Positions 10,480 to 25,400 of a stretch of DNA of 64,000 nucleotides are shown here, piece by piece. Both the position numbers and the translations under genes were made by a program. Each line of letters begins with the position of its first letter. Position 1 is the first letter of the stretch. Origin of the DNA: Heteronotia binoei (Eukaryota). The notes below the pieces were generated by a model. It searched no databases. It was not told the origin of the DNA and saw nothing but the letters and a program-made list of their open reading frames with translations. Location of the stretch: NCBI RefSeq assembly GCF_032191835.1, contig NC_083229.1, positions 39,308,001 through 39,372,000 on the forward strand, given 5' to 3'.

Positions 10480-13400
10480 CTATTGAAAGGATACTGTGTG
10501 TTAGCTCATTCTGTAACACAGTATACATATTTACTGAGATGGATAACTGCTAATATTCATAGCAGCAGTACATCCATATTCTATTGCTAAATTTGCTAAG
10601 TGGATGAGGGTGTGTATACACAAAGAATAAAAACACCTAGACCGCACAGACTTAGTTTAGGGTTGAAACAATGCACTTTATATGCATACAGAAAACAGAA
10701 GTATTGTCTTTTGCAGTCTGTGGGGGCACACACAGAATCCATGTGAAGTGGACCAGTAGAATGACTTGGAAAGTTGGCAATTAAGAGCATCACAGCTGGC
10801 TTGCACCCTGAACGAAACCACATATTTGCATGAAAGGAAGAGCTATGACAAGCACCTGTATGCTTCCCTCCCTAAAAACAAAACCCATTACTTGTTGTGC
10901 AACTCAGGAGGCAAGAGACAAGGGGAAGGGCCATGGCTCAGTGGTAGAGCATCTGCTTTGCATCCAGAAGGCTCTATCATTCCTTTTAACCTGCAAGCTC
11001 CTCCCTCTACTTCCTCTGATGGCCTCACCCCTGCCTTTCCTGCTCCTTTGCCATCTCCTCTTCTTCCCAGCCACATGGCATATGGATGCCTGAGGCTAAC
11101 AGGCCGTAGCTCAGCAATTCAGCCTTGCCCAATGTTTGCTGGGTGTATTCCTGCACATGGCTGCTTGGCCACCTGTGGCTCCAAAGCCAGCCCCCTTGCT
11201 TGGACGGCTCCTTTCCAGGTGCAAGTTCCTGTCATTATGGTTCTTCTACCTGCTGGAGGAGCTGCAAGTAAGAGGTACCAGACTGGTCCCTCACTTCCCT
11301 GCTGGCATACAGCTGCCACAACACCATTTAAAAGTAGTGAATGAATTTATTTCAAGAGCAGTTTGGCATGGGCTCTACTATTTAAAAAAAACAGAGCTTT
11401 TTAAAGCAATGGAGTTATGAGAAATTTGGGAGAAGTTATGTTAGGGCTAGTGGTTAATTTTTTGGTTTGGGGACAACAACCATGGTTACCTGATATTTAT
11501 ACACTACAATAGTTTAGTCACAACTTTAACAAAATCACAAGAGAAACTGTGAAGAGCTTAGACCTATGTTTTCTGGCAGCATTTAATTAGAAAATATGGT
11601 CATTAAAATACAAAACCCTGAAGGCTGAAAATTCAGTTCCTAAATTTTGTAGCTGACTCTGAGAGCCAAAGAAAATTTATGGGAGGCTTAAGAGGATGCT
11701 GTACTCCAAGGCACACTTCAGTCCCAAGACAGCTACAGGCCAGTCTCCATGAATAACTCTTGTGGGCTGGAATTGTATTTCCCCTCATTTATTTATTTGA
11801 GGCATCTATATTCCACTTTTCTCCTCAGTGAGGATCCAAAGCTACACTGTTGTCCCTCTATTTTCTCCTCACAACAGCCCTGTGAGTAGGATTAAGCTGA
11901 GTACGCGGCTGGCCCAAGATCACTCAGCGAGCTTCCATAGCATAGCAGTGACTCAAATACAGGCAGACCGACCCTAGACTGTCTGGCACCCTAGGCAAGG
12001 CTAACTTCTGATGCGCCCCCCCCCCACACTGATAATGTCACCAAGTCACATGGGGGCGCACAATTTGGTGCTACCAGAAGGCTAGTCACCCAGATCCTAG
12101 TTAAACCACTGCACCATGCTGCCCAACAAATAAACCAGGGATTTGTTCCACTTACCTGAGGACACAAAAGGCACAATTTGATGTAGTTTCATCTTTCTCA
12201 CAGAGGTCTGTCATGTCAGTCACATTTTCCATCTGCATGTTGTCTTGAGAGGATGCAGCGATCTCCCTCCCTAACTGGCCTGTCATGGAAGAGTCTGGTA
12301 TAAACACCCCAGGGCTGCGGCCACAAGAAGCCTCTTCTTCAGCAGCCAAGTCCTCACTGCCTAGGCCTGATGAGTCCTCCTCTTTCTGGCTAGCTTCATT
12401 CTGAGCCTCCCAATCCAGGGTGAGCTTCTCCCAGGGGCAGAAAAACGGTGCCAGGGTCCCATGCTTGACATAATTTGCTCTTTTTGCAGGAGGGCGCCTA
12501 TGACAAAAAATAACATCCCCTCTTCAGAATCTGTGAAATAACATTCTAATGCAAATAAGAAGTTACATTCTTACAAACCTCTACTCAATCTAAGATTGGT
12601 GCTGAAGAGTGCCGTTATGTCACAGCTGATTTATGGCGACACCACAGGGTTTTTCAAGACAAGAGGTGTTCAGAGGTGATTTGCCATTTCCTGTCTCCCT
12701 ATCGTGACCCTGCTATTCCTATTCAACTATCAGCCAGGGCCAACTCTGCTTAGCTTCCAGGATCTGACAAACTGGACTAACCTGGGATATTCAGGTAAGG
12801 GCACTCTAAGATTACTTCTTTTAATTGGAATTTTCCCCTGACGACTAACTGAACCAACTAAGAAAAGTACTTTGTCTTAATGTTAGCCTTTAACGTTTGT
12901 TTGGGTCCCCCAAAGGAAGTTTTCCTGAAGAGTTATCACAGCTAGAATTTATTCCACCTATGCTTACAATCAGTTTGATAAAATGCTTTAATGTAGAAGT
13001 TATTTACTAGTTACACATATAGGGTCCATCATGGCTAACTCATCCATGGATCCAAAAGGAGACTTTAAAGATCAAAACAATTTACTTCAGGCATTTACCT
13101 CTTAAATTTTTCAAGAAGACACCTCTCTGCTTCTCTGGCAAACTGGATACTAGCAGGACAGTCTGGGTAGTCATTGGGAACATGAGGAGTTCTTTTATAC
13201 AGGGAATGTTTCAGACCCTCCTGCAAGCCACCCACTCTGGCACCTCGATAGATCTACAAGGCAACAGCATTTGATTATCTCGGATGCTTCTAACTGCAAG
13301 ACAGTCCCTTTCTCTTCTTCAACTACTCCCCCTCCTTTTCCATTATCAAGTGGAGGTTTTGAACTAGTTCACTAAAAGGATTCTTAATTGAAGACTAAAA

Positions 13401-16400
13401 GCCCAGTACAAAATTTCAAAGTAAGATTAGCCAATAACCAGATATGGATTGTTTTACTATACAGAAGCACAACCACAAAATCCCTCATCTGTAGAGAGAA
13501 TAAAATAAAATGCAGATGCAACCTCCATGGTGATATAATTTGTAAGCAATGCAAGGATGTGAACAAGAGCAGAACAAGGCAGTGTTCCTAATGACAGAGT
13601 TTGCAGGAGGTCTAAAAAGAGGGAAAAGAGTATTTCATAATACTTCTATAATCATCTCTGTAATATTCCTAGAGAAACATGTTTACATTAAAAGTTATTC
13701 TGGATTCACCATTTGCAACTTCTGCTTTCAATTTTATTTATTTTTTATTACAAAAATAGAGCCTCGATCCCTTTCCTGTAGAATTTCTGCATCTCGATAC
13801 ATGTTCCGAGACCTGCTTTCATGCAAGCATAGCTGACATAACACATAAGTTCTCTTACTTGTGCTTAGGTTTTTACAAGACAAGTGAACTTCCATGAAAA
13901 AACTCTAGGAAACAAAGGCAGCCATACATTTGGGAAATGCAGAAATGCATTGTAAGAGACCTCTGAGCACCTGAGACTGGAGTATTGGACAAGTGGCACA
14001 CTGCTCCCCCCCCCCCAAAAAAAAACCCATCAGTAAAAATGAGACCCAGCATGTGAGCCCAAATTCTGCTGCCTCTGGTGGCTCCACTGTTCCAAGAACA
14101 GGATATGCCAAGTTAGTCAATACACACAGCATTTTCCAGTTCATGGAGGCAGACCCCATCTCTTCTGAAACCATACTGCTGAACAGCACAAGGCATACAA
14201 AAAATAAGTCATCTGCATTTGTTGCAGTCTGGGCTACAGCCTACACAGAGAGAGGGAGGGAAGGCAAGTCAAGGCAGGTCATGGACCTCTTTCAATTCCT
14301 CCCCTCCAGTAGCTTTTACTGCCACCACCAAGTCCCATCTCCTCAGCTGCCTCCAACCCCTAATCCTTTTCTTTATAGGACCTGACGGAAGTCAGAATTA
14401 TCAGAGGGTGGGATAACTTTAAACAAAGGGTAGGAAAAGCTTTAGAGACCAGCATGCTTATAAGGCAAATCAAGTTTTTATTGATTTTTTTTAAAAAAAC
14501 AAAACACTAATATATACTAGGGGGAAAAAAAATCTTTCAGTAGTTTCCATACAACCCGCCCCCCCTTAAGAACATTCAGAGTAAGGAAGAGAGGATAAAC
14601 ATATCCAAGTCAAGTCTAACCAAACTGTTCCTGTCCTGGCAGGTGATAAAATACAGCAACTCCCTTTAGCTCAACTTCATCCTTGTACCAGCCAAGCTCT
14701 CCCACTGAGCTTTCTTCTCAGCTCTTGCCTCTTGGAGTTCTTACTCTTCACACTACTTGGTTCCGCTTGTTTATATAGCTTATATCTTGTAATTCCACAT
14801 AGAACACAGCCAATCAGTGAGGGGAGCCCTATATTCTCAAAACTGCCTTTGAGTTACATTTATCCAGTCCAACAAGACAGCCTGTCTTGGTGTCTCTTTC
14901 CGGTGAACTCTGTGTGAAATAGAGCATAACTATTTTCTTCCCTGCCCACAAAGCAACCCTATTAAATGTAACAAGAATCAAATGCAAATATGGTGGAAAT
15001 TCTTCCATTCCTTCACAGGACTAAATAATCCAGCCATGCTAAATCAGTATTGCTAAGCAAATGGGAAAAATCAGAAACACATCAAAGCAATTAATGTCAA
15101 TTTCCCTCTATATTTCAAACTGAGGGACCACTTACAAGAGGAAGCCAGAAAGCCATGCCCCAACCTTTGGGTAGCAAAATATCCCAGCCACTTCCCCAGC
15201 CTGGTCGATCTTCTCCAGCTATTTTTCCAGGCTGCTGAACCAGCAATATAGGAATCTTGGATTCTTGTGGGCCTAAATCAAGGTATGATCCGGGTACCAA
15301 GAGTTTACTTTTAAGATTATTCAGGTCCTGAGATAATAAAAACAGACAAAATTATAAAATCTANNNNNNNNNNNNNNNNNNNNNNNNNNNNNNNNNNNNN
15401 NNNNNNNNNNNNNNNNNNNNNNNNNNNNNNNNNNNNNNNNNNNNNNNNNNNNNNNNNNNNNNNNNNNNNNNNNNNNNNNNNNNNNNNNNNNNNNNNNNNN
15501 NNNNNNNNNNNNNNNNNNNNNNNNNNNNNNNNNNNNNNNNNNNNNNNNNNNNNNNNNNNNNNNNNNNNNNNNNNNNNNNNNNNNNNNNNGCACTTAAGCA
15601 TACTTTCACGTTCACTTCTCCCTAAAGGCAACATTTATAAACTGGTGTCTATGAACTCTAGGAGTTCTTTGTAAGGAGAGAGGGCAAGCCCGTCACATCC
15701 ATCTGAACAATATGATAACAAAGTCCTCTCCGTTTTCTAGGAAAAAAGGGCAGGGAATCTGCCTCAGAGAAATGGGACTCAATCAGTTCACAGCCACCTG
15801 CAGTCAATCACCTAGCTTCCAGACTGCTTCACAAGGGGTCCATTTTATGACTGGCCCCAGGCCTCATGGCAGCCATTTTGTGGTGGTGTCTCTTTAAAAT
15901 TCCAAGTGTGCCCACAGGCTCAACAAGGTCACAGAAACAGACATTAATGTTTACCTTCTTCATAGTTATTGTTGTTAAGAAGTTACCTTTTCTGGCATTT
16001 TATTTTCTGTGACACTGTTACAAATATTCCGGTCCCAGAGAAAACTCTGTGCACATTCTGCAGAAACACCTTCTAAGATCAACTGTCTGATTTTTTCACC
16101 ATCTAAGAAAACAAAGAACCAAACAATAAGCAAAAGGAGAGGGGAAAAAAAACATCAGCAAGCTAATGGAAAGATTATGAAAAGCTCTTCATCTTGCTTG
16201 TTTCCAGATTGTGGTTTGAAAGAACCTATTGATATGTTTCTCTTAGGAGAGTAGCAAACATTGTACTTGGCGTAAATGGATTTAGGATTTTCCATAAGGA
16301 GTAGTTTAAGCTTAGGGAACGATCACCTGCTTAGAAAAATTCAGCTCTTATGAGCCATATCAAAGGATCTCTGTCCACTTGCCCATTCAGCAGCTGGTAG

Positions 16401-19400
16401 GTGTTAAGGTGTGTGTGTGTGGGGGGGAGAACTGACAGAGGGGCTGGAAGTTTAGAAGGATCATTTTGTTGAAAAAGTTGCAAATCAGTTGCATCTTCAC
16501 TTTTTTGAAAAGCAAGAGGTTTCAGCAGAAGGAAGACAAATGAGATTGGTTCTCGCATGATAGAAAACTTTCGTCCTCTGCACAAACCAGTGAAGCACAG
16601 TGGTTAGAATGTCAGATCAGGATCCAGGTTTGAGTCCCCATTCTTCCTTAGAAGCTTACTGGGTGATCATAGGACAGTCATACATTCTTAGCCTAACCTA
16701 CCTCATAGGGTTGTTGTGAGGACAAGATGAAGAACAGCAGAATGATGTAAGCTGCTTTTGCTCCCCGTTGGTGAGAAAGAGGGCAGACATGAAGTAAATA
16801 AAAAACAATTTCACGTATCTGCAGCAGCAATTCAGAGGACTCTTTCTAAAACACACACTAGATCTATACACTAAAAAAATATGAAAGAATGCTACTGTTG
16901 CTGCCATTACCTTGAAAAGACTGCAGAATCTTTATTATGACTTCAGTGCCTTGCTTAGAACATACATAAAAGCATCCTTTATCAAGCAAGAGAATGAAAC
17001 AGTGAAATACAAATACATATCTGTTACTGTGAAAAAATGCATTTTCAAAGGTTTGAAATGAGCAAAACCTTCACTTTGAGTTTTAAAATTTTTTTTCTAT
17101 TTCTGGACAGAGAACAGCCAGGAAGGGTGGAAGTAAGTTCTATTCCTTTCCAGACTTACCTCAGCCCACCTTCATACAAATGCTAACAGGTCCAGACAAT
17201 GGGATAGTCAAGCCACCCCCCCCCCCAAAAAAAAAGCTGGGAACAGAGATTTGGAGTCATCTCTAGACTTCAGAAAGGAAATTCTGGAGACTTCAGGACA
17301 AGTTTCTTTGACTTGGTCTGACCAGGTCATTGGGAGGGGAAAGAACAAAACTCCTGGAAGTAAGAAAGGAGAGCTCCTTTGCTGTTGAGTCCATCAGAGC
17401 AGACAGAACTCTTAACTGAGGTCTAGAGGAGAAGGCCATTAACCATATGCTGGCCTGAAGAGCTGGAAGAAGCTGCAGGGTATGAAAACTCTGTAAAGAT
17501 GTATAACATTTTTGCTAAGGAGCTTGTCCAATATTTTAACATCTGAAAGGGATATATAGATAGGACAGAGGTACTGTATTTTACCTATTTCTTTTGAATC
17601 CCTTGCTCAGTCTGGTGCTGTGCTAAAAGTATGCTTGTGAACATTTTCTTTTTTAATAAATACTTTATAACTTTTGATGCTGATAATGGTTCTCTCTGCC
17701 ACATAGACCTCAGCCATTTTAGACATGACATTTTAAAAGGAGTGCCGGGGGATGGGCGGCAGTTGGCAAGTGGCTATTCAGGGGCATACAAGGTAGTAAA
17801 CTGTCCCCATGGTGACCAGGTGCTAGGCAGTGGGAGACACAGAGGCAAGATCTCAGAAGGAAGGGAAGCTAGGAGTCCTAATCTCCTAGGGGACAATTCT
17901 TTACAAAGATCAGGTTACCCGAGAGAGAAAAGCCAGATGTTGGATAAACCTTGGAGAGCAGGGTGAAGCAAGCCTGTTCCACCACAGTTACAATACAGAA
18001 AATACCACACAAATGCAAATAAAGGCTATGGTGCCCAACTTCAGGAGAACGTCTCTTTTAAAAAATGGAAAAGTGGACCTTTAACTAACTAGACGGAATG
18101 CTGTTCCCCCATATAGCACTGCATCCATCTAAAGCAAGGGTTTCAAACTCATTTGTTATGAGGACCAGATCTGACATAAATGAGACCTCATTAGGCCAGG
18201 CCGAGCCATGTTGGGCTGGGCCATGTGTGTACCTATTTAAGGTTAGGTAACAGAGATATAAATTTTATAAAAAACATAAACACCATTTTTTTCCTAAAAA
18301 AAAGTAAAACATGCTTAAAACATTAGCACTCATTGGTCTTAAAGATGCTTTATTTTTATTTCCTGGGCAAAGAAAGCTCTGGCTCTTCCTTCCTTCCCCA
18401 GGGAACTGGGGGGGGGGGGGAGGAGCCTCAGCCAATAGAAGGAAGAGAGGCTTGGCTTAGTAGCTCTGCTATGCGATTGAGAGAGCCTGGCAAAGCAAGC
18501 TATTCCTCCGCTCTTCCTCCCCAAGGGAGAAGCCTCAGTCAATGCAGAAAATAAGAGGTTTTGCTCCATAGCTCCTGTGCAATTGAGCAAGCCTTGCGAA
18601 TCAAGCTGTTATGCAGAAGGAAGCAAGATATAGGGAGAAGGAAGCAGATGACAGACAGTTGCTCAGGGTCCTGATAGGAGCCCTCTGGGGGCCTAATTCG
18701 GTCTCCAAACTGCATGTTTGACACCCCTGATCTAAAGCCTTGTCTTTTCCCTTTTTGGTTTTCTGCCACTAACGTTGGCCTCAAAGCACTGCCTGCAGAA
18801 TCCCGCAAAACAACAAGGGTTGTTATATTCAAAAGCAGATATACCCCAGCCAGTGTACAGTTAACAGATTCGCAGATGAGAAAGTGCTGGTGTACCTTCT
18901 CCACCTCCAATATCCATAATTAAGAAGCAGTCATTTTACAAGACCTTAAGTGACACAAAACAGCTTGATAATTTGTTAATTTAGACTCAAAGACAAGCTC
19001 CTTCATCACTGGTTATGGCTCTGGAAATGAAGCCTAGCTGCTTTAGAGGAGACAGGAGGATGAAACATACTTTTGTCATGTGACACCCAATAATATTGCA
19101 ATGAAACTTGCTGGGTCCTAGGAAGCAGAGTGGCACCTCACAAAGTGGCAAGAATTTTGGAAGTGCTCCTGATTCACCTGGCAGGGAAGGGCCAAAGCAT
19201 GCGTGTTTTACTCGGAGAAGGACCAAGCTTCAATTCCTGGTGCCAGCTAGAAGGATCTCAAATCACAGGGAAGGGAAAGGGAAATAGAAGTGGGAGAGTA
19301 GTTGTGGTTCAGAAGAGGTATGGCTGGCCCTGATGAACAATTCTCCAACTTGGTTAACTTCCCAAGGAAGATTAAATATAGACAAACTTGAGTGAGGAAA

Positions 19401-22400
19401 AGGCCAATGTGTCTTCATATAAAGCTCTTCAGTTTTTCTAAAGATCAAGAGGATTTTCTGCCCTTTACCTGCACTATTACTGAAAGAGAAGCAACTGCAT
19501 GCAAAGAAATGGTTAGAAGTAAAATCATGAACTTATGAAACTTGCAAATGTCATTGATGGGACTGGTTCTTAAACAAATTACAAAAAAGCTGCCTAAAGC
19601 CGAATATCTATCATAGGTAAGGAACTTCGAGCACCTCCCTCCATGACACGTATGTTATCTAGCACTAAGTGTACTTTTATAGGACACGATAGAAGCTGAG
19701 TGTACATCTCAGGTTACAGCACCTGTTGGCCTCGCCAGGATTCGAACCTGGATCATCTGTATAGTTTAACAGAGGCTTCCACTGAGCACAAGACCAGTTT
19801 GGTGCAGAGTCCCTTCCTCGCAGCTGCTATTTTCAACATAAACCTCATCTAGCATGTGTGCATCTACCTAACAAGTCTACTGTCTGGAACACTTCAGAGC
19901 CATAAAAAGGACAGTGACAAAGTAAGTAATTTGGAGGTGTTTTTTTAAATGCAAGAACTCAACTTAACATGGTGGGTTATGTTACAGAGAACACTTTACC
20001 TTGATATTTTTCTGGATTTGGCATGGCCTTTGACCTCTTTTTTGGCAGATTGAGTCGTGGATCCCCAACAGTCAAACCCAATACAGTACCTGATGGTAAG
20101 TCTGAAGCACTTAACCCTTAAAAACACAACACAAGAAAGAGATGCACCCTTAAACAGTTTCATCAAGAAATATCACCAGTATACAGACATATGCCACATT
20201 GCTGTATCACATTTCACATTGGATCTACCAATAGGCACGCCTCTATCCTTTCAGAAATTTCAATGCAAGAATGTATTTGAGGCCTCTGGAATAGGGACCA
20301 CTTGCACCATAGACCTGGAACACTATAGGAGGCAATTATCTTTGGCTTATGTATCCAAAACAGAAAAATTAAACAATAAGGGAGATGTATGAATGTTTTC
20401 CAGTCTGATATTAAACTGACTCCATCCTCTTTGGATCTCTGGTATTTCAGGACAAAGGGATGCATCCTAACCATATTTTGCAATAGAACACAGCACCATC
20501 AGCAGAATGCTGCTTTTTCCCACAGTCTCCCCTCTCTCCCACTGCAGACCCCTATTTGCCCCCCCACACACACACACCAGCACCTGGGGCACAGCAATGA
20601 TTGCTTTGGTGAGTACACTAGACAGGATCCAATCTCATGTATTGACTAGCTTGCAAAAAACAAAAGCAGAACTTAACACATGAGCTGTAGTTTTCCCTCC
20701 TTGAAGATCAAAGTCCTACATCTCCAAATGGCAAGGACTATGCAACTCTAAAAGAGATACCTAACCTTATCACAGTATGTTATGTTTCTGTTCTCTTTAT
20801 GACTGGATGTCTGTACCCCTTGAAAACTGCAAAGGTAGGCTTTTGTTTGAATGACACTTTATTATACCAGGATAAACATTCACCAGCCATCCCTAAGAAG
20901 CCATATTCAAAGCCAAGTAAATACTGATAACCTTCTGATGAACCACACAATTAAGAATCTACTCGTGGAATTCTCACTAGAAAGAAAGGGGGAAAGCTAT
21001 ATTTACCTTGCAAAAGATCAAAGATGGCTTCTTGACGGTTATGAAGAGACACTTGCTCAGGATTTCTGCAATTTTCCACCCACCAATTGTTAACTTCAGA
21101 ATCCGTAGCACCCAGGTCCTAGAAAGACAGTGAGTAAGCCAGAGAGAAAGATATAGGGTTGGATCCTATACAGCATTAAAAAAAAGGTAAAGGTAGTCCC
21201 CTGTGCAAGCACGTCGTTTTCGACTCTGGGGTGACGTTGCTTTCACAACGTTTTCACGGCAGACTTTTTATGGAATGGTTTGCCATTGCCTTTCCCAGTC
21301 ATCTACACTTCCCCCCCCCCAGCAAGCTGGGTACTCATTTTACCGACCTCGGAAGGATGGAAGGCTGAGTCAACCTTGAGCCGGCTACCTGAACCAGCTT
21401 CTGCTGGGATCGAACTCAGGTCGTGAGCAGAGGGTTCCAAATGCAGTACTGCATCTTTACCACTCTGCGCCACACGGCTCTTTTGTATAGCATTTATGTC
21501 CACACAAAAAGGCTTCAAAATTGGAGACAGAGGTTCTATTAGTGTTGCCTAACTGTTCTTCTCAGCTTATGCCATATGGTTTTCATCATACTGGGGGCCC
21601 CAATCCATGGCACTGCCTTTACAGTCCTCATAAGTGGTTGTTAAGAGAGCGGGGAAAGTCTGCCTCTCCCTTCTATTGGCTCTGGATAGGATCCAACCTT
21701 TGGCCTATTGCATAGCTTAGCTCTTCCTTTAAACTAAAGATCTGTCATGTCACATTTGTAATTCTTGCCTAGGGTGCCAGCAACTATGTGAAAACTGGTT
21801 AGTGTAACCCCATAGAACTTTGCTGGGCAAAATTTTTCCAAAGCATGCCAGTCCAAGAATGAGCTGCCACATTGGGTTGGATACAGAGATCTGTCAGTAG
21901 GAGATTTCCCTGTCTCCCCATGGCAGTAGTGCTTTCTGACCCCTGAAAAGTTGATTCCAGGGTTTGCAGGATTCACACAGACTAATGGCCACATGGGCTG
22001 AGAGGTTACCGCTGGGAAAGGGAAGGGGAGAGAGTCATGCTTCCTGCCTCTTTGATCAGAAAAGCTCTCCTTGTGAAAGAGGAAGGAGTGATTTTGAAGA
22101 AGATATTGGATTTATATCTCGCCCTCCACTCTGAATCTCAGAGCGACTCACAATCTCTTTTATCTTCCTCCCCCACAACAGACACCCTGTGAGGTGGGTG
22201 GGGCTGAAAGGACTCTCACAGCAGCTGCCCTTTCAAAGACAACCTCTGCCAGAGCTATGGCTGACCCAAGGCCACGCCAGCAGGTACAATTGGAGGAGTG
22301 GGGAATCAAACCCGGTTCTCCCAGATAAGAGTCTGCACACTTAACCACTACACCAAGCTGGCTCTCTTTCTCCCTCCTCACTGCTATCTACCAACCCGCG

Positions 22401-25400
22401 TGGCCGTGAGTCCTTACAGGTATCATGACCCTGGAAATAAAGTTTCATATAACTGAAAGGGTGGGGGCAGAGCCACAATCCTTGTTCTGGATACAACCCC
22501 ATGGCAGCATCTATGCATCAGTCTGTGTTTAGAACACTTCTGCCTCTAGGGTGCTGGAAAAGGGACCAAACGCCAGAGCACTGCATGATACAGGGAGTTA
22601 CCCTTTGAGTCTCCAGTTCATAACCAGGAGGGCCAAAGGTTCTGGGAACTTCTGCCTGCTACCAGCTGCATGCAATATTTCTACACAGTTTCCATTTTAT
22701 TTTTAAAGGAGGTTTTTAAAGGAGGTTTACTCCTCTTAAGACTCCATTTGTAGGCAATCCTTAAGAGTGTGGCTGACTTAATCAGTGGTACAATCATTCA
22801 GAGCACAAAATGCTTCATGGACAATTTCTGAGAGATTCTGCACACTAGTATAAACAACAAGCAATTAGCAGTAACACAATGTTCTGACTTTTATAGATAT
22901 TAATATTCTAGTATTTTATTCTGCAAACAAACATGCCAACAGTGGATCTTCTTACAGTATGGACAGAGGCAGCTTTGAGTGCCTCTGTAAGGACACAGTG
23001 CAAGAGAGGACCAATCAGTCGATACCGGAGGATCTCCATGGTCAAGTCACTGGAAGAAACAAGAGTTATAAAGTGAAAAATGAAGCTTGTAATTGTCAGA
23101 TCATTCAAGCTAAGTGCAAAAGACAACCAGCTCAAGTACTTATATTCTACTACTTTAAAAAATACCTGATCATAATCCCAGTAGTTTGTGATACCCAGCA
23201 ATATGGCTGATGGGGGTCTCTGGTTCCATCACCAATAATTTTTTTCATGGGGACAACCATTTTGCTGCCATCATTCCTCTTCCTTTTCTGGCCAACTTTT
23301 TCAGTGATATCAGTTTTGTTTTCTTCTTGGGACAGCGTCACCACTGGCTTTGGGTTACAGGGTTCCAAAGGCTCAGAACAGTGGCAGACTGCTTTCAACT
23401 CAGCCAGGATGTCCTAAGTGAGACAGGAGGGGGTGGGGGGAGGTTCAAATTTGATGAGGTCAACTTCTCAAGAGATTAAAGCCAAGGCATTACTTGTGGA
23501 GTCCTCTGGAGGCCTGCAGATGGACTTTGAAGGTAAATATGACTGATACATATAGTATCCTGACCTATATGGCTATTAGACCACGCAGGAACCATGACCT
23601 TGGTAATAAGCTTTCCTTGGGATCAAAATGTATTGCTGTGGGGAGAGGAACATGGGAAAGATCTGTGACTCTAAGACTGTTGGATCGCAGCCAAGGCTTC
23701 TGCAAATATTCTTGTGAAAAGATTCATTTAAAACAAAAACTAATTTCAGCAGTACAGTCCAGTGTAATTTTGGGATAATTCATGTTTACCCAATTGATCA
23801 TTCTCTTGGCACCCCCCCCTCCACCCCCTAAGATTAACACAAGACTCTAAATGCCCCGGGCATTGGACTGCTCATGAGGATCTGTCACTGGGAGCTTCTT
23901 TACATGGAGGCCCAACTCTCACACCACATGTTATGTCATATGTATGATGGAACAGGGAAATGCACAGGCAGCTAGTCTTCTACTGCTGGTAGCACAATGA
24001 CAGCAAGGGAAGTTTGGAAACTGGCCCCAAGTTTCATCTGCAGAAGCAGAGGCCATTGACTTCTGTCGGATGGTCACCACACTTCCCAGCATTTCACACA
24101 TTTTAAAGGAAAACACAATTGCAAGGCTTGTACCTCCTTAAAGGCTGGATGCGTCCATATCCACAGTTGACGGCTGGCAGAAGCAATGGCAGATTCATTT
24201 TTTTGTTTCCAAATGAAAGTAATGGGACCGAGAGCACCGTCAGGGTACTGATCTTTTCGGTACAATGTGAGAGCACCCTGACGTCTCCCACCTAGGTAAG
24301 AAACAGCTGCAAACGTTGGCCCTAAGGAAAGACATGTTGAAAAAGCAAGATGGTGTTTATCTTCCAAAGTCACACTATAAGCACTCATCAGGACAGGGGT
24401 TGGGATTTTGTTGAACTATTACCTGTGTCTACATTGCACATTTGACCAAGTGCTGTTAGGAGTTCCTCCTCTTTTCCAGTCAGCTCCAAGCAACAGTAGT
24501 ATGATAAATCCTGAAAGAAAAGCTACTGAAATTAAATATGACATGAGCAGTAAGAGGCAGCCAGATGATTATTAAAAAACTGTTTATCAATTTTGAGTCA
24601 CTTTTCCAGTTTAACTGATGCCCTCAAAATAACCGTAAACTGCGGAGGCGAGCTATCTGCTCAATCCAGTGAAACACAATAGGTGGTGACTGAGCACATC
24701 AAACTTCCTTCTAATTGACCCAGACCCCAGGCCCTTGCACCATCCTCTAGGTCAGTACTGTCTAGCGTGACTGGCAGTGGCTCTCCAGGATCTCAGGGGT
24801 CTTTCACATCACATTTTTAGCTGGACTGAGCCTGGAACCTTCAGGATGCAAAGCAGATAGTTCACCACTGGGACCCAGCCCCTTCCCTCCTTCGGCAGTT
24901 CGCTGGCAGATGTCTTTTTAAATTAAAAAAAAAATCTGCTGCTGATGGCAAAAGGTGTACAAGTGAGTCAGCCCAAGCTAACTAAGAGTTTGGACAATCC
25001 TGTTGCTGCAACCAAGATGATGCCATTGCTGTTACTTCACAGACCCCATGCTTTCAAAACAAACAATGAAACAGGCTGCGTAGCCCAGTTTCACCAGCTT
25101 TACCTTAAGATATGATATCTGGGTAGGAACAAGGGGAAGGTGCTTTTCATATGGGATATACATTGAAAGTTAAAAACATAGAAATCGAAACCAGCACTGC
25201 GAATTTGTCCCACAAGCTAAGCAGAAGTGCTAGTCAAAAATCTTCCTTGCTAGATTAAAACTCTGTACTACTGTATGAACAGCATAAAGAGTTAACTAGA
25301 GGTGCACAAGACCAAAATGCTGTTATTCAGTTAACCAGCACCAACAGATGTGGGGCAGGGGAAGAGATCATCAAACGAAATTGGTCAGATGCAGCCAAGT

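Noticed and set aside
10922-10975. tRNA gene (ggctcagtggtagagc); similar heads at 19190, 24720 and 50835
   Set aside because: Only the A-box half resembles tRNA and no cloverleaf forms; these are decayed tRNA-derived SINE heads.
10766-11344. 192-aa plus-strand ORF
   Set aside because: Antisense in POP1 intron 15, runs through a tRNA-SINE fragment and C/T-rich low-complexity sequence; no recognisable domain.
15317-15634. ORFs spanning N runs (also 57038-57489)
   Set aside because: Artefacts of translating assembly gaps.
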